This document shows positions 1-12,640 of a stretch of DNA of 64,000 bases, in pieces. Origin of the DNA: Octopus vulgaris (taxonomy: Eukaryota). The notes under the pieces are model-generated. The model was not told where the DNA came from, searched no databases, and was given only the letters and a program-made list of their open reading frames with translations. The DNA lies in contig OX597828.1 of assembly GCA_951406725.2 (NCBI GenBank), positions 69,936,001 through 70,000,000 on the forward strand. Direction: 5' to 3'. Both the position numbers and the translations under genes were made by a program. Every line of letters begins with the position of its first letter. Position 1 is the first letter of the stretch.

Positions 1-754
1 TACTTTTTTGGTTATCTCGCCCCCATAAAAAATTTGGGTTTATGTTTCGACAAGGGATTGGATTAAAAGGGTTAGATCCATTTAGTTGAATACTTCAACA
101 CATTATTGACTTTTGGCCTCCTCGGTAGCCATGCTATGATTTGTTATAAAAATATTATCAGGTTCAATAAGATGTCTCATCTTTTCAGCTTTCCTGTTTA
201 TTAAATTTTTCTTTTTTGTTTTTAATGGGGGTCAGATAACCAAAAAGGACTTAACCTTCGTCGTCGTGACCGACGGAATGCCAGTTTTGTGTGTATATAA
301 AGTATGTACGGATGCATGCCTGTAGTTGTGTGTGTGTGTGAGAGTGAGAGAGTGTGAGAGAGAGAGAGAGTGTGTGTGTGAGAGAGAGAGTGAGAGAGAG
401 TGTGTGTGTGAGAGAGAGAGGGTGAGAGAGAGTGTGTGTGTGTGTGTGTGTAACAATGTAGCAATAGGTTGCGTAGGTTCCCATCCATCAAATGACCTCC
501 ATGTTTAGAACTGCTGACACATGTTAACACTAAACAACTCGGGTCACCTGACATGATCTGATGTGTTTTGGTTTTCGCTGTTCGCCAGGAATTTAACGGT
601 TTATGGCACCAGCTTGGTTGTTGGTCTCAACTTGTCAGTGTACACTGGCTGATAGCAACAACAACAACTACAAGAACATCAACGATGACAGCCAACAACA
701 ATAACAACAGCAACTGCAACGGCAATAACAGTAGAAGAAACAACAACGACGATA

Positions 755-2046
755 TTAGGTTGTCAAGAAAGTTCTTGTGGAATTTTAAATTTTCGTTTTA
801 AATTATGTATTTTCAACTTAATTTTCGTTAAATTACTTTGACTTTATATATCATTTTAAAGCCCGTTTTTCGCTCTATTTAATCGTGCTACTCTTTTTCT
901 TTTTGAATATTTAGGCCATTTTTTCCGGAACATTGAATACAACATGGACAAAAAACAAATTTGCGCAATTCTCTTATTCCAGTTCAAGCTAGCCCGAAAA
1001 GCTGTTGAAAGAGCTCGCGATATCAACGATGTGTTTGGCCCAAGAACCACTAATGAACGTACAGCACAATGGTGGTTCAAAAAATTTCGTAGCGGTGATG
1101 AGAGTCTTGAAGATGATAAGCGTAGTGGTCGGCCATCGGATGTTGACAACGATCAACTGAGAGCCTTAGTGGAAGCCAATCCACGCACAACTGTTCGAGA
1201 GCTTGCTTCTGAATTAGACGTAACGTACACAACAATTTCCAAGCACTTGAAAGGGATTGGAAAAACAAAAATACTTGAGAAATGGGTGCCGCACAAATTG
1301 AAGGACAACCAAAAAAATAAAAATAAAAATAAAAAAGCGCCGTTTTGAAGTGTCGTCTTCCCTTCTTTTAAGCAACAGGAACGACCCGTTTCTCAACCGG
1401 ATTGTGACTTGCGATGAAAAGTGGATTTTTTACGACAACCGGCTCAGTGGTTGGACGCCGACGAAGCTCCCTCCACGGCACTCCCCGAAGACAAAGTTGC
1501 ACCAAAAGAAAGTCATGGTGATTGTTTGGTCGTCTGCGGCCGGTCTCATCCATCACAGCTTTTTGGATCCAGGTGAAACCATTACGGCGGAGAAGTACAG
1601 TCAGTAAATGGATGAAATGCATAAAAAACTCCGACAACAACAGCCAGCATTGGTCAATAGAAAAGGTCCAATTCTTCTCTACGACAACACTCGGCCACAC
1701 GTTGCACAACTGACCCTGCAGAAGTTGAACGAATTGGGCTACGAAACTCTGCCTCATCCACCATATTCACCAGACCTCTCGCCTACCGATTACCACTTTT
1801 CCAGCATCTCGACAACTTCTTGCGTGAGAAATGCTTCAAAAAACCAAGATGATGCCATACACGCCTTCAATAACTTCATCGCCACCAAAACGCAGGATTT
1901 TTATGCTACTGGCATAAATAAACTTGTTTCGAGTTGGCAAAAGTATGTTGATTCTGATAGTGTTTATTTCGATTAATAAAGTTTTTTGTTTGAGCCGAGA
2001 TATGTGCATCTGAATTAAAACCGCAAGAACTTTCTTGACAACCTAA
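755..2046 (+). mobile_element. Full-length mariner DNA transposon (DD34D, Hsmar1/cecropia-like), non-functional
   Basis: 26-bp TIRs TTAGGTTGTCAAGAAAGTTCTTGTGG (755-780) and CCGCAAGAACTTTCTTGACAACCTAA (2021-2046) match at 25/26. TA precedes the left TIR; the right flank is CA. Length about 1.29 kb. Confidence 0.95.
944..1976 (+). pseudogene. Mariner transposase pseudogene
   Basis: ORF pieces carry HTH (RSGRP), WVPHKL, IVTCDEKW, LYDNTRPH and HPPYSPDLSPTDYHF. Broken by an (AAAAAT)n expansion at about 1311-1336, further frameshifts and TAA at 1605-1607. Confidence 0.95.
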
Positions 2047-2047
2047 C

Positions 2048-2445
2048 AGCTGTGTGGTAAGAAGTTTGCATTCCGACCACATGGTTCCGTGTTCAATCCA
2101 TCTGCGAGGCACTTTGGGCAAATATCTTCTACTACAGCCTTGGGCCGACCAAAGCCTTGTCAGTGAATTTCGTAGACGGAAACATGTAATTGTGTATGTA
2201 TGCATGTATGTGTGTGTGTGTGGTATATATGTGTCCGTGTGTGTTTGTTCCCTACCACTGCTTGGCAACCGGTGTTAGTGTGTTTACATCCTCATAACCT
2301 AGCAGTTCAACAAAAGAGACCGATAAAGTAAGTACTAGACATAAATAAAAAAAGGTACTGGTATTGATTCATTCAACTAGAAGATTCGTTAACGCAGTGC
2401 CCCAGCATGGCCGCAATATAATGACTGACAAGTAAAAACATAACA
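2048..2445 (+). mobile_element. tRNA-derived SINE family A (CORE-like CTTGGGCAAG segment, internal microsatellite, LINE-like tail)
   Basis: GCTGTGTGGTAAG..GTTCAATCC head, TTGGGCAAA core and CCAGCATGGCCGCA..ACTGA tail, shared with at least 14 other copies in the window. Confidence 0.85.
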
Positions 2446-3112
2446 GATGTAGAAGCATCTGTAAATCTTGCAAAACCATAAATCTACACATGAGAAGTCC
2501 TTTATTGGTGTTTTTATTAGAAGAACATCTGTTCTGGTTATAGAGGGACCCTCATGAGGGTGGCGGCTCTGGCTTCAATGACTGCTCTTGAATATGCTCC
2601 CTACTAGTCTAATCCTGGGGCCACTTCTACATTGAATTTGTTTTTCTTCATCACCAATCCTTGGCCTCTCTTCTCATTTTTTTTTTCTAAATTCTTGTCC
2701 GGTTCCCGTCTCCAATGGGAACAATCATAAGCGACGTCAATTCTACATTTCTGAGATGAAGAATTTAAAATATTGCATCAGTCGCAATGGGGTCCTTATC
2801 TTGCTTCTTGCTTTCACTACGTTTCGGCTGCCTTTGGGTATTTTGTGATTCACCTTAGTGCCTTGCCTGAGATTGAACTCATAACCTCTAGGTGACCCTG
2901 CTGCATTAACCAGCACATTTACACACTATGCTATACCCTTATGCAGTGACAGAACGAATTCTGAAGGCTTATAAACCATTCATGTCTTATATCGGTTCCC
3001 TACTGATTGAATAATACAATTCTATATCTCTGACATGAGGAATACAATTTTATATAGTAATCGGAACTGTGTCTTATAATAATAATGAAATTATTGTATC
3101 CAGTGCTCGGAT

Positions 3113-3370
3113 GATTGTTGCTCTCCCTGCACAAAACATCTCGAGATGGCTGCAGCGTTACACATCCAAAGCGTAGCGACAGCAACAATCAAGATGAGGA
3201 CACCATTCTGTGAAGGTGCTGCCTGCCAGCCTGCATGATGAATGTATATTATGCGTTAATCGGAATTGTGTCCTCATCTTGATTGTTGCTTTCACTACGT
3301 TGCGGCTGTGAACACTCCAGCCTTCATCAAGTGTTTTGTGCAGTGAGAGCAACAATCAAGATGGAGACAC
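3113..3370. repeat. Nested inverted repeat with PLE-type hammerhead motif
   Basis: 3113-3203 is a diverged inverted copy of 3268-3358. In addition, 3268-3296 pairs with 3342-3370. Confidence 0.75.
3293..3333 (-). ncRNA. Degenerate type I hammerhead ribozyme
   Basis: Minus strand reads cac TTGATGA A GGCTG gagtgttca CAGCC GCAAC GTA gtg (GAAAC mutated to GCAAC). The sister half-copy at 2813-2830 keeps CAGCCGAAACGTAGTG. Confidence 0.6.
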
Positions 3371-3739
3371 CACTCCTACTAATACATAATATCAGCAACG
3401 AACTTCCACTTTTCGGTTATCATGTAAGGAGAGTTCATATCTCTCTTGTGGACAACTCTGAAACAGAAATGTGGCCGTTCTTGTGTTTCCTTGCCAGAAG
3501 TTAGCTCAACATACAGCAGGTCTTAGTGAGGTCGTGGGGGTGGTAGCGAGCGTAAACTCTCACGGCTAAGAACTGCTTCTTATGATAAGCATCTCAAACA
3601 GCCTCTGAGAACCAACTCCAACTCCTGGCCTTCTCAAGGGCCTCTAAGTTCGGTGGAACATTGTTCTGAAAGAAGAAGGGGTGAAGGTGGGTACTGGCAC
3701 CGTAAAGCCAGAGCTTCGGGTAGCTGAAACTCGCTAGCT

Positions 3740-3967
3740 TGACAAAGCAAGATCATCTAAACCAGGGCAAATTCTGAATTCAAATCTCTGCTGTGTTACA
3801 GCCATACCCTAACCATGGGAAAGCCTTCGGGTGGAAACCCTGTGAAAAAACTTGGAACTGAAAAATCATAGGCAGTCAACGTTCTTTTGAGCATCATCTT
3901 GTCAATTTCTGCGACAGCACTGGTGCCAAACTGTACTGGCACTCGCCCTTCTCTTGGACAACATTGA
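3740..3967 (+). mobile_element. RTE-like 5' UTR fragment (tentative)
   Basis: GGGCAAATTCTGAATTCAAA motif. GGTGCCAAACTGTACTGGC..TTGGACAAC is also seen in the SINE body at 46371-46411. Confidence 0.4.
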
Positions 3968-3995
3968 GATACAATCACGTATATGTATGTATGTA

Positions 3996-4100
3996 CGTCA
4001 TTGTTCAGTTTTATTTCAAGATTTTTTGCCAATAGAGAAAGAGCTGGTTTCTACCCTAGATTCAAGACTCCTTTATTGGAATCTCAACATCAACAACAGA

Positions 4101-4131
<31 letters not shown>

Positions 4132-4217
4132 TGTATGTATGTATGTATGTATGTATGTATGTATGTATGTATGTATGTATGTATGTATGTATGTATGTAT
4201 GCATGTATGTATGTATG

Positions 4218-4251
<34 letters not shown>

Positions 4252-4650
4252 TGCATGTATGTATGTATGTATGTATGTATGTATGTATGTATGTATGTAT
4301 GTATGTGTGTATGTATGTATGTATGTATGTATGTATGTATGTATATGTGCACATTTATATGTTTTGCTTTATGTATATGTATTCTCATGCATATAGTTGC
4401 ATATCTAGATATGCTCATATATATTTAAATGATAAACTTCTGCAAAGTTTTACAGATTTTTACAGTTCCAGTGATGAACTGGACCTATAGTCTTCGAATT
4501 AGCTTTCTTCTTTCTGGTTTTGAGAAGTCTAATTTCTCAAGATTGGTATTTAGGCAGTGTGTTACATATCCCAGGGCCTCAATAATTACAGGTATAAACC
4601 TGAATTTGTAATCTGGAGAGGGTAACTGCAGATTTCTCAATCGTTCAGCT
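3996..4650 (-). mobile_element. 3' fragment of an RLE-type non-LTR retrotransposon (R4/Dong-like)
   Basis: Minus strand 4650-4425 reads AERLRNLQLPSPDYKFRFIPVIIEALGYVTHCLNTNLEKLDFSKPERRKLIRRL*VQFITGTVKICKTLQKFII*, matching the P-V-I-x-ALG...GT C-terminus of RLE elements. The 3' UTR contains (CATA)n, and (CATA)n flanks both ends. Confidence 0.7.
4102..4345. repeat. (GTAT)n microsatellite
   Basis: Direct reading. Confidence 0.98.
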
Positions 4651-4734
4651 TTGTATGTTTGTTTGTATGTATGTATGTATGTATGTATGTATGTATGTAT
4701 GTATGTATGTATGTATGTATGTATACATGTATGC

Positions 4735-4775
<41 letters not shown>

Positions 4776-4884
4776 TGTACGCATATGGTAAATGTATGTG
4801 ATAGGCAAGTATGCATTTATGTATGTGCATATATAAGTGAGTGTGTGTGTGTGTGTGCGCGCAAGCCTATCTGTGTATGCATGT

Positions 4885-5068
4885 CTTTACAATTGTTTGC
4901 CCCCCACCACCGCTTGACAAACGATGTTGGTGCGTTTACGTCCCCATAACCTATAGGTTCGGCGAAAGATACTTATAGAATAGGAACCAGTTTTAAAATA
5001 AATAAAATCGTTCAAGGCCGTGCCTCATCATGGCCGCAGCCTAGTGACTGAAACAAATGAAAGATAAC
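4885..5068 (+). mobile_element. SINE family A, 3' half
   Basis: CCGCTTGACAA..GGTGCGTTTACGTCCCC..CATGGCCGCAG..GACTGAAACAA. Confidence 0.75.
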
Positions 5069-5648
5069 ACACACACACACACACACACATCAACCAAAGA
5101 TAATTATGTTATGTGACAGACACGCAGATAAATTATGGTTAACATGTTAACATATTTAACACAAGGAATATTAAAAATCTAAAAAAAAATCTAATTAGAA
5201 ATAACTATAATTAACTGGTGTTAGTGATATAAAATTTACTAATGAAACGACAAAACAAGGTTAATTAATGAGAAATGTTATTTTCATTAGAAACACTAAT
5301 TTAAGACAGGAACCAATAATAATTGAGTGGATTTTTTACATCATCGACTGAAATTTGTAAGGGAAATAATTCTTTATATGTTTCGGTTTTATTCTGATTG
5401 AAAGGTTTTACACATTGATGCATAATTCGGTTAGGAATTTAATGATAATTAGGATAATGTCATTAAGTAGAAATTAGTAATAAGTAGAAAGTGACCTTAA
5501 CATTATTGTCTTATCTCTACATTATTGTTATGACATCATAACTATTATAATGCTGATGATTTTAATTATCAAAGTATGTGTAATTCCGATTATAACAGTA
5601 ATTATCAAAATGATTTCACAGATAATACAATTGTAATTGTTAAAGTCC

Positions 5649-5705
<57 letters not shown>

Positions 5706-6267
5706 CAGTGTGTGGCAGAGATGAAGAGAAGGTTTGTGTGTATCCGTGCGCATCTGCGTGTATACGAGAATGAAAGCAGAAAGTCTATGCGGATCTATCT
5801 GGCCGAGAGCGGATGCAACATGGTCCTCTGCAAAGAACTTCTCTATCACAAGGTCCCAGTTTCGGTTCTACCACGCGGCATCTTGGGCAAGTATTTTTTA
5901 CCGCAGCCTCGCGTCGGCTTATGTTTTCCGATTGAAACTGGATAGACGAAAACTGTAAGGAAGCTCTTCAGAGTGTTTGTACGTATATTCAAAGTGTCAC
6001 GCTGATTCACAACTGTGAAATACTCGGCCACTTGCAGGTTAATTCAATGAGTAGATGAATTAATCAAAGGACAGAATATATCCATCGTCCAAACCGAAAA
6101 ACGACGGAGATCCACTGATTAAATGTGGGTGTGAGGGCGAGAGAAAGTCTACAAAGGCCAGGCCTGGTGTATGTGTGTGTGTGTGGTGGGGGAGGAAAGA
6201 CTGTACTTCTCTATATTAGAAACAGTTTCATGTGTGTATATTTGTGTTCTTATATACACATATAAAC

Positions 6268-6337
<70 letters not shown>

Positions 6338-6470
6338 ATATATGTATATATGTTTATGTATCTCTCTTTTCTATGTCTGTCTATCTATCTTTCTCTCTCG
6401 CTATATACATACATATGTGTGTGTGTGTTATATATATATATATATATATTTATTTTTTTTTTTTTTTTTT

Positions 6471-6590
<120 letters not shown>

Positions 6591-6730
6591 TGTATGTATG
6601 TATGTATGTATGTATATATGTATGTATGTGTGTGTGTGTGTGTGTGTGTATCATAGGTAACTCATAAATAAAAAAAAAGCACCCTCGAAGTTATAGAGCA
6701 GTAGAGTATATAGAAAAAGACAGACATGCT

Positions 6731-6881
6731 CGGTCTATGGGGTTTATCGTGGGTTTTGCGTCCATAAAGCGCTTAGCTTTACAGCATTTTTTTCAGTCCC
6801 TAGCCATAGGACCAGGGTCTGAAGAACGCTGTAAAGCTACGCGCGTTATGGGTGTGAAACCAATGGTAACCTCACAGACCG
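6731..6881. repeat. Head-to-head inverted duplication of a hammerhead-bearing unit (about 70-bp arms)
   Basis: The reverse complement of 6731-6803 aligns, with mismatches, to 6812-6881. Confidence 0.8.
6815..6872 (+). ncRNA. Type I hammerhead ribozyme, canonical core
   Basis: gggt CTGAAGA ACGC..GTGT GAAA CC aat G GTA acct. Stem I gggt/acct, stem II ACGC/GTGT, short stem III, GUA cleavage triplet at 6866-6868. Confidence 0.7.
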
Positions 6882-6911
6882 GCCATATTTATCTATCGAT
6901 CGATCGATCTT

Positions 6912-7335
6912 TTAACATTTATTTTCCACTTGTCTCAGTCATTAGGCTGCGGCCATGCTGAAGCACCGCCTTGAAGAATTTTCAGTCAATTGAATCGACC
7001 CCAGTACTTTATAAAGCCTCTTATTCTATCGATCACTTTTTCCGAACCGCTAAGCTACGGGGATATAAACAGACCAACACTAGTTGTCAAGCGGTTGTGG
7101 AGGACAAACATAAACACACACGCATAAACACAGATATGTATATAAATATATATATATATATACACACACACATATATATATACGACGGGCTTCTTTCAGT
7201 TTCCGTCTACCAAATCCACTTACAAGGCTTTGGTCGGCTCGAGGCTATAGAAGAAGACACTTGCCCAAGGTACCACGTAGTGGGACTGAACCCAGAACCA
7301 TGTAGTTGGGAAGCAAGCTTCTTACCGCTACAACA
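6912..7335 (-). mobile_element. SINE family A, near full length
   Basis: Reverse-complement match to the 25314-25684 copy. Confidence 0.9.
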
Positions 7336-7551
7336 CCTACAGATTTTGTATTGAATTCAGACTCACCACCAAAAGCTGCCACGTTTCGGAAACGAATACA
7401 TTTATGAAAACGGAAACCGTATTCGTAAACGGAACGTCATAACTTTCGATGTTGAGTCTGGATTGTATAGAAAATCCATAGAGATGAGCTTCAAAATACG
7501 ACCATCACATTGCTAGCAGCCGCGATTATCAGTTGTGAATTTTTAATATAT

Positions 7552-7779
7552 ATTACTTTACACAAGAGGCTAAACATAGAGGGGACAAACAAGGACAGAC
7601 AAACAGATTAAGTCGATTACATCGACCCCAGTGGGTAACTGGTACTTAATTTATCGACCCCGAAAGGATGAAAGGCAAAGTCGACCTCGGCGGAATTTGA
7701 ACTCACAACGTAACGACAGACGAAATACCGTTAAGCATTTCGCCCGGCGTGCTAACGTTTCTGCCAGCTCGCCGCCTTT
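7552..7779 (-). mobile_element. tRNA-derived SINE family B (Meta/Sauria-like core GCCTTTCATCCTTTCGGGGTCGATAAA)
   Basis: Head GGCGGCGAGCTGGCAGAAACGTTAGC..GAGTTCAAATTCC. Probable TSD TTTTTAATATA. Confidence 0.9.
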
Positions 7780-7865
7780 TTAATATACTTGATGGTATGT
7801 TATTGTTGCAAAACGAAATATTGTGTTCTTGCTAGATGTAGATATACGTATATGCATATGTATGT

Positions 7866-8180
7866 ATTTATTCTTTTATTTGTTCCAGCTAGAAGCTGGA
7901 TCCATGCTGGAGCACCGCTTTTCAGTGCTTTGGGGGTCTCCTTTCGATACTGTTTTTGGTGAAAAAGCGAGCTGGACGAAGCTGCTCGTCTTTCCGTCTC
8001 CTTCCGCGATGTGGGCTCACCTGGGATTTCCGACGCAAATTTCTCCAGGTGCTTTTTGAAGGTCTCCACATCTACACCTTGCAGGTCCCTTTAACATCCT
8101 TGACAGGGTGTTAAACGGTTGTGGTGCCCTGAAACCTAAGCTGTTACAATACTGGGTCCTTATCCGAGATTGAGAAGACG
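7866..8180 (-). mobile_element. 3' fragment of a CR1-group LINE (same family as 49111-50948)
   Basis: SQSRIRTQYCNSLGFRAPQPFN and ETFKKHLEKFASEIPGEPTSRK..RRAASSSSLFH are homologous to ORF 50551-50934. Confidence 0.9.
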
Positions 8181-8487
8181 TATATATATAATCTATGTGC
8201 ATAATTGAAATATATATTCTAAAGTTAATTCATAATTAGTTGCATCCTATTAATGGAAGAATTAAGTGACGAGAGTTTATTAATCTCCAAAGACATAAGG
8301 CGGTCAAAACGGCAGATAAAAGGAAGGAAGACAACAAAACTGTTCAACAGCATGACTATAAAGATTGCTGTTTGGTGTAATTTCCAAATAATCGGTCTTT
8401 GATCTATCATTCAGTAATGATGACATAAAATTCCAACGCTAATTAAAACTAAATGACTACTTGCGTCTTTTATTATTATTATTATTA

Positions 8488-8875
8488 TTTGTGTCAGTCA
8501 TTAGAGAGCGGCCATGCTGGGGCACGGCCTTCGAAAATTTTAGTCGAATGAATCGACCCCAGTTCTTATTTTTTTAAAGCCTGGCACTTATTATATCGGT
8601 CTTTTTTTTTTTACCGAACTGCTAAGTTATGGGACTTAAACACACCAACATCGGTTGTCGAGTGCTGGAAAATACCCCTACTACACACACACACATATAG
8701 GGCAAACACACCCACCCACATATAGAACGTGATTCTTTGAGTTTCCATGTACCAAAAGCACTCACAAGGCTTTGATCTCCCCGAGAGTATAATAGAAGAC
8801 CCAAGGAGCCGCACAGTGAGACTGAACCCGGATCCATGTGGTTGGGAAGCAAACATTTTACAACGCAGTCACACC
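8488..8875 (-). mobile_element. SINE family A
   Basis: Similarity to other copies. Confidence 0.8.
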
Positions 8876-9189
8876 GTCTCTTTTTTAACCGTTTATTAGA
8901 CACACGGTGTTTATTCTTAGACTCTACTCTTTAACATTAGCAAACAAATCTTGACACTCTTTATAATAATCCATCACTCTATAAAGTACCAAATCCTTAA
9001 AACAAAGCGCTCTTAAATAGTAGTTAAAAAAATTAATTAGTTAAAGAACGGCCCAATAGGCGGTAAATAGCAAAAAGTCCACTACTGAATATGGCATAAA
9101 CTACCATATTCACTCAGTACAAGCAGACCGATATGCAGGACACATTCTTCATCTTGTAAGAACCCATGTTTTCCCTGACATAAGTAGAG

Positions 9190-9525
9190 GAAATGCTTTA
9201 ACCAAAACTCGCTTAAAGTAAGCTACTTGGGACAAATGAACTTGGTCAGCACCTTACAATGAATTAATGAGAAAATAATGAATAATTCGAATCACTGAAG
9301 CATAGCCATAAAATACAGAAATGCAATTACGATTTAAATAATTATTACCCGTAAAATGAAAATATCAGTTATATATGCACCCGCTCTCACATCTAACATT
9401 GATTATATGGGTATTACCGCAGGCCAATTTAAGAACAGACTCCATCAACATAAACGCATATTTTGGATAGTTCAATGAAAACGGAATACAAGACTTGTAA
9501 TACACATCTGCTTTAATAAAATAAC
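9190..9525 (+). pseudogene. Penelope-like element GIY-YIG endonuclease relic
   Basis: 9197-9226 reads FNQNSLKVSY. 9368-9469 reads VIYAPALTSNIDYMGITAGQFKNRLHQHKRIFWI. Compare PLE FNxNTxKxSY and VIY..YIG.T...FK.R...HK..F. Confidence 0.75.
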
Positions 9526-9621
9526 AATATGCGGTTACTAATAAGAAGGGTTGAAATTAATGGATGCAAAATTTCACTCCTTCATGGTCAGCCTATGAAG
9601 TTTTCAGCCCACCCTTGTGAG

Positions 9622-9840
9622 GACTGTGAGTTGGTAGAACCATTAGTAATTCGGACAAAATACTTAGTGGCATTTCTTCCGGATCATTATATTCTGAGTT
9701 GAAAATCATACCGAGGTTGACACTTTACCTTTCAGCTTTTCGGGGTCGGCAAAACGAAGTACCAGTAAAATACTGGGATTGAGGTAATCGCTTATCACCT
9801 TCCTCCTAAAATTGCTGGCCATGTGCAAAAAGTAGAAAGT
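9622..9840 (+). mobile_element. SINE family B, degenerate
   Basis: GAGTTGGTAGAACCATTAG..TTTCGGGGTCGGCAAAA..GTACCAG. Confidence 0.7.
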
Positions 9841-9983
9841 TTATTATTATTATCATCATCATTATTATTATTATTATTATTATTATTGTTACTTGTTTGC
9901 TTTATCCGATTAAATTGTGCAAACAAGGCAATAAAATATAAACAACAACGCAAATATCAATCATAAATATCTCCAGCGTTATC

Positions 9984-10015
<32 letters not shown>

Positions 10016-10317
10016 CAGCAGCAGCAGTAACAACAACAACAACTACAACAGCAATAACAACAGCAACAACAACGGTCACAATAGCGCTGGTTATCTCCCC
10101 AGATAGTTATACCTTGATGTGGGCCAACTATCTTATCTAACAAGTGTCTCCTTGACAGAGGAATAATAAACCAGATCAGGCGTTCGACTCCTCTCGCTCG
10201 CAACTTTTGACGAAAGCAGTAATGTGGTAAGCTTCCAATGATAACTGACTCACTTTCTCTCCCCGATTTTATAGTTTCACTTCACCTTAATTTCTAGTGA
10301 ACTTCAGATTATATATA

Positions 10318-10700
10318 TATCTTCTATCTTTTACATGTTTCAGTCATTTGATTGCGACCATGCTGGGACACGGCTTTGAAGACTATTTTGTCGAATGAAC
10401 TTGGTCAACACCTTATATATATATATATATATTTGTTGTTGTAAGCCTGGTCTTTTTGCCAAACCGCTCAGTTACGGAACCGCAAACACTTCAACATCCG
10501 GTTGTCAAGTAGTGGAAGGAGAGAAACACAGAGACAAAACCAGACACACATATATATACGATAGTCTTCTTTACAGTTTCCGTCTACCAAATCTACTTAC
10601 AAGGCTATAGTGGAGACACATGCCCAAGGTATCACGCAGTGGGACTGAACCTGAGACCATGTGGTTGGGAAGGAAGCATCTTATGACATTGCACCACCTG
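10318..10700 (-). mobile_element. SINE family A
   Basis: Similarity to other copies. Confidence 0.8.
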
Positions 10701-10704
10701 CCAA

Positions 10705-10754
<50 letters not shown>

Positions 10755-10923
10755 GCGAATGTTTTCTATCGTATGAATACCTTCATAGTCCTATGAACCC
10801 AGAAATCGAAAACAGAGAATTGCTTATTTCAAAAAAAAAAAAAAAGAAATATAAAATGTGACTCATTGACCGAGGTTACCGTGGTCTTTTCCGTATCTAT
10901 CTCACCTGTCCTCCCTTTACACT

Positions 10924-11164
<241 letters not shown>

Positions 11165-11183
11165 AATCGATCTGTCTATCTAA

Positions 11184-11229
<46 letters not shown>

Positions 11230-11419
11230 ATTTAGTAATTGCTGGTTTTAACTAAGGGTATAAACCACTTAATATGACACTACTTAACAGATAAAGACGC
11301 GTAGCTTAGTAGTTAGGATGCTACACTCGCGTTTAGTAGTTCGTGGATTCCATTCCCTGACTGGTCGAAACGTTTTCTTTCATGCTCTTAAAACACTTGT
11401 CGCGAAGACATAGATCCAA

Positions 11420-11474
<55 letters not shown>

Positions 11475-11569
11475 GCATGTATTATGTACGTGTGTGTGTA
11501 TGTATGTATGTATATATGTATGTATGTATGTATGTATGTAGGTATGTACGTATGTATGTATGCATATAT

Positions 11570-12640
11570 ATCAAAGAGGTCAAATTGTTGGTGCTCGTAT
11601 GGTAGGCGCTAGCTTACCGAGAACAGCTGAAATGTTTGGTGTATCAAGAAGTACTGTCTCGAAAGTAATGGCAGCCTTTAAGAAAGAAGGAAAAACTTCC
11701 TCGTGGAAACAAAACTCCGGAAGAAAACCAAAACTTTCAGATAGGAACCGTCGGACTCTTACGTGGATTGTTAGAAAGGATCACAAAAGTACAGCTCCCA
11801 AAATTACTGCAAAGTTAATGACCGCCTTGAGAAGCCAGTTTCCACAAAAACTGTTTTCCGGGAGCTGCACAAAGCCGGATTTCACGGGAGGGCTGCAATC
11901 AGAAAATCACTACTTTCAAAAACAAACGTTGCACAGCATTTAGAGTGGAGCAAAATCCTACAGAACTGGTCCCTAGAGCAGTGGAAGAATGTTATTTTCT
12001 CGGACGAGTCATCCTTTACCTTATTTCCGACCACAAGCCGAGTATATGTATGAAGACAGCCAAAAGAAGCATTTGACCCAGACTGCCTTCTTCCAACTGT
12101 TAAACATAGAGTAGGATCTGTAATGATCAGTGGAAGTGTGTGCTATATCTTGGAAATCTCCTGGCCCAATGGTTTCCCTTGATGGCAGAATTAATAGTCA
12201 GGACTATTTAAGCATCTTATCTGTTCAAATTCATCCTATGGTTGCGGAAGTGTATCCGGAGGGAGATGCAATCTTTCAGGATGATAATACACCAATTCAC
12301 ACAGCTAAAGTTGTTACTGAATGGCACGAGGAACATTTTAGTGAAGTTGCACATCTTATCTGGCCACCACAGACCCCAGGTCTCAATATTATTGAACATT
12401 TATGGTGCATTTTAGAAAAACAAGTAAGGAGTCGATATCCTCCACCATCATCACTACAAGAACTGAAGACTGTTTTTGCTAATGAATGGAGGAAGATTAC
12501 TTTGGAAGCAATTCAAACTTTGTATGAGTCCATACCTCATAGAATTCAAGCTGTAATTACTGCCAAAGGCGGTCCTACCCCATGTTAAAATTAGTTTGTT
12601 TGAAATTTCCAGGTGTTTCCATTATTTCATCCAACACCTG
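11570..12640 (+). mobile_element. 5'-truncated Tc1-like (DD34E) transposon with decayed transposase
   Basis: HTH (FGVSRSTV, SGRKPKLS), VIFSDES at about 11991-12011, FQDDNTPIH, WPPQTPGLNIIEHLW and AVITAKGG. The right end ..CAACACCTG is followed by TA. The left end is lost in a microsatellite. Confidence 0.92.
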
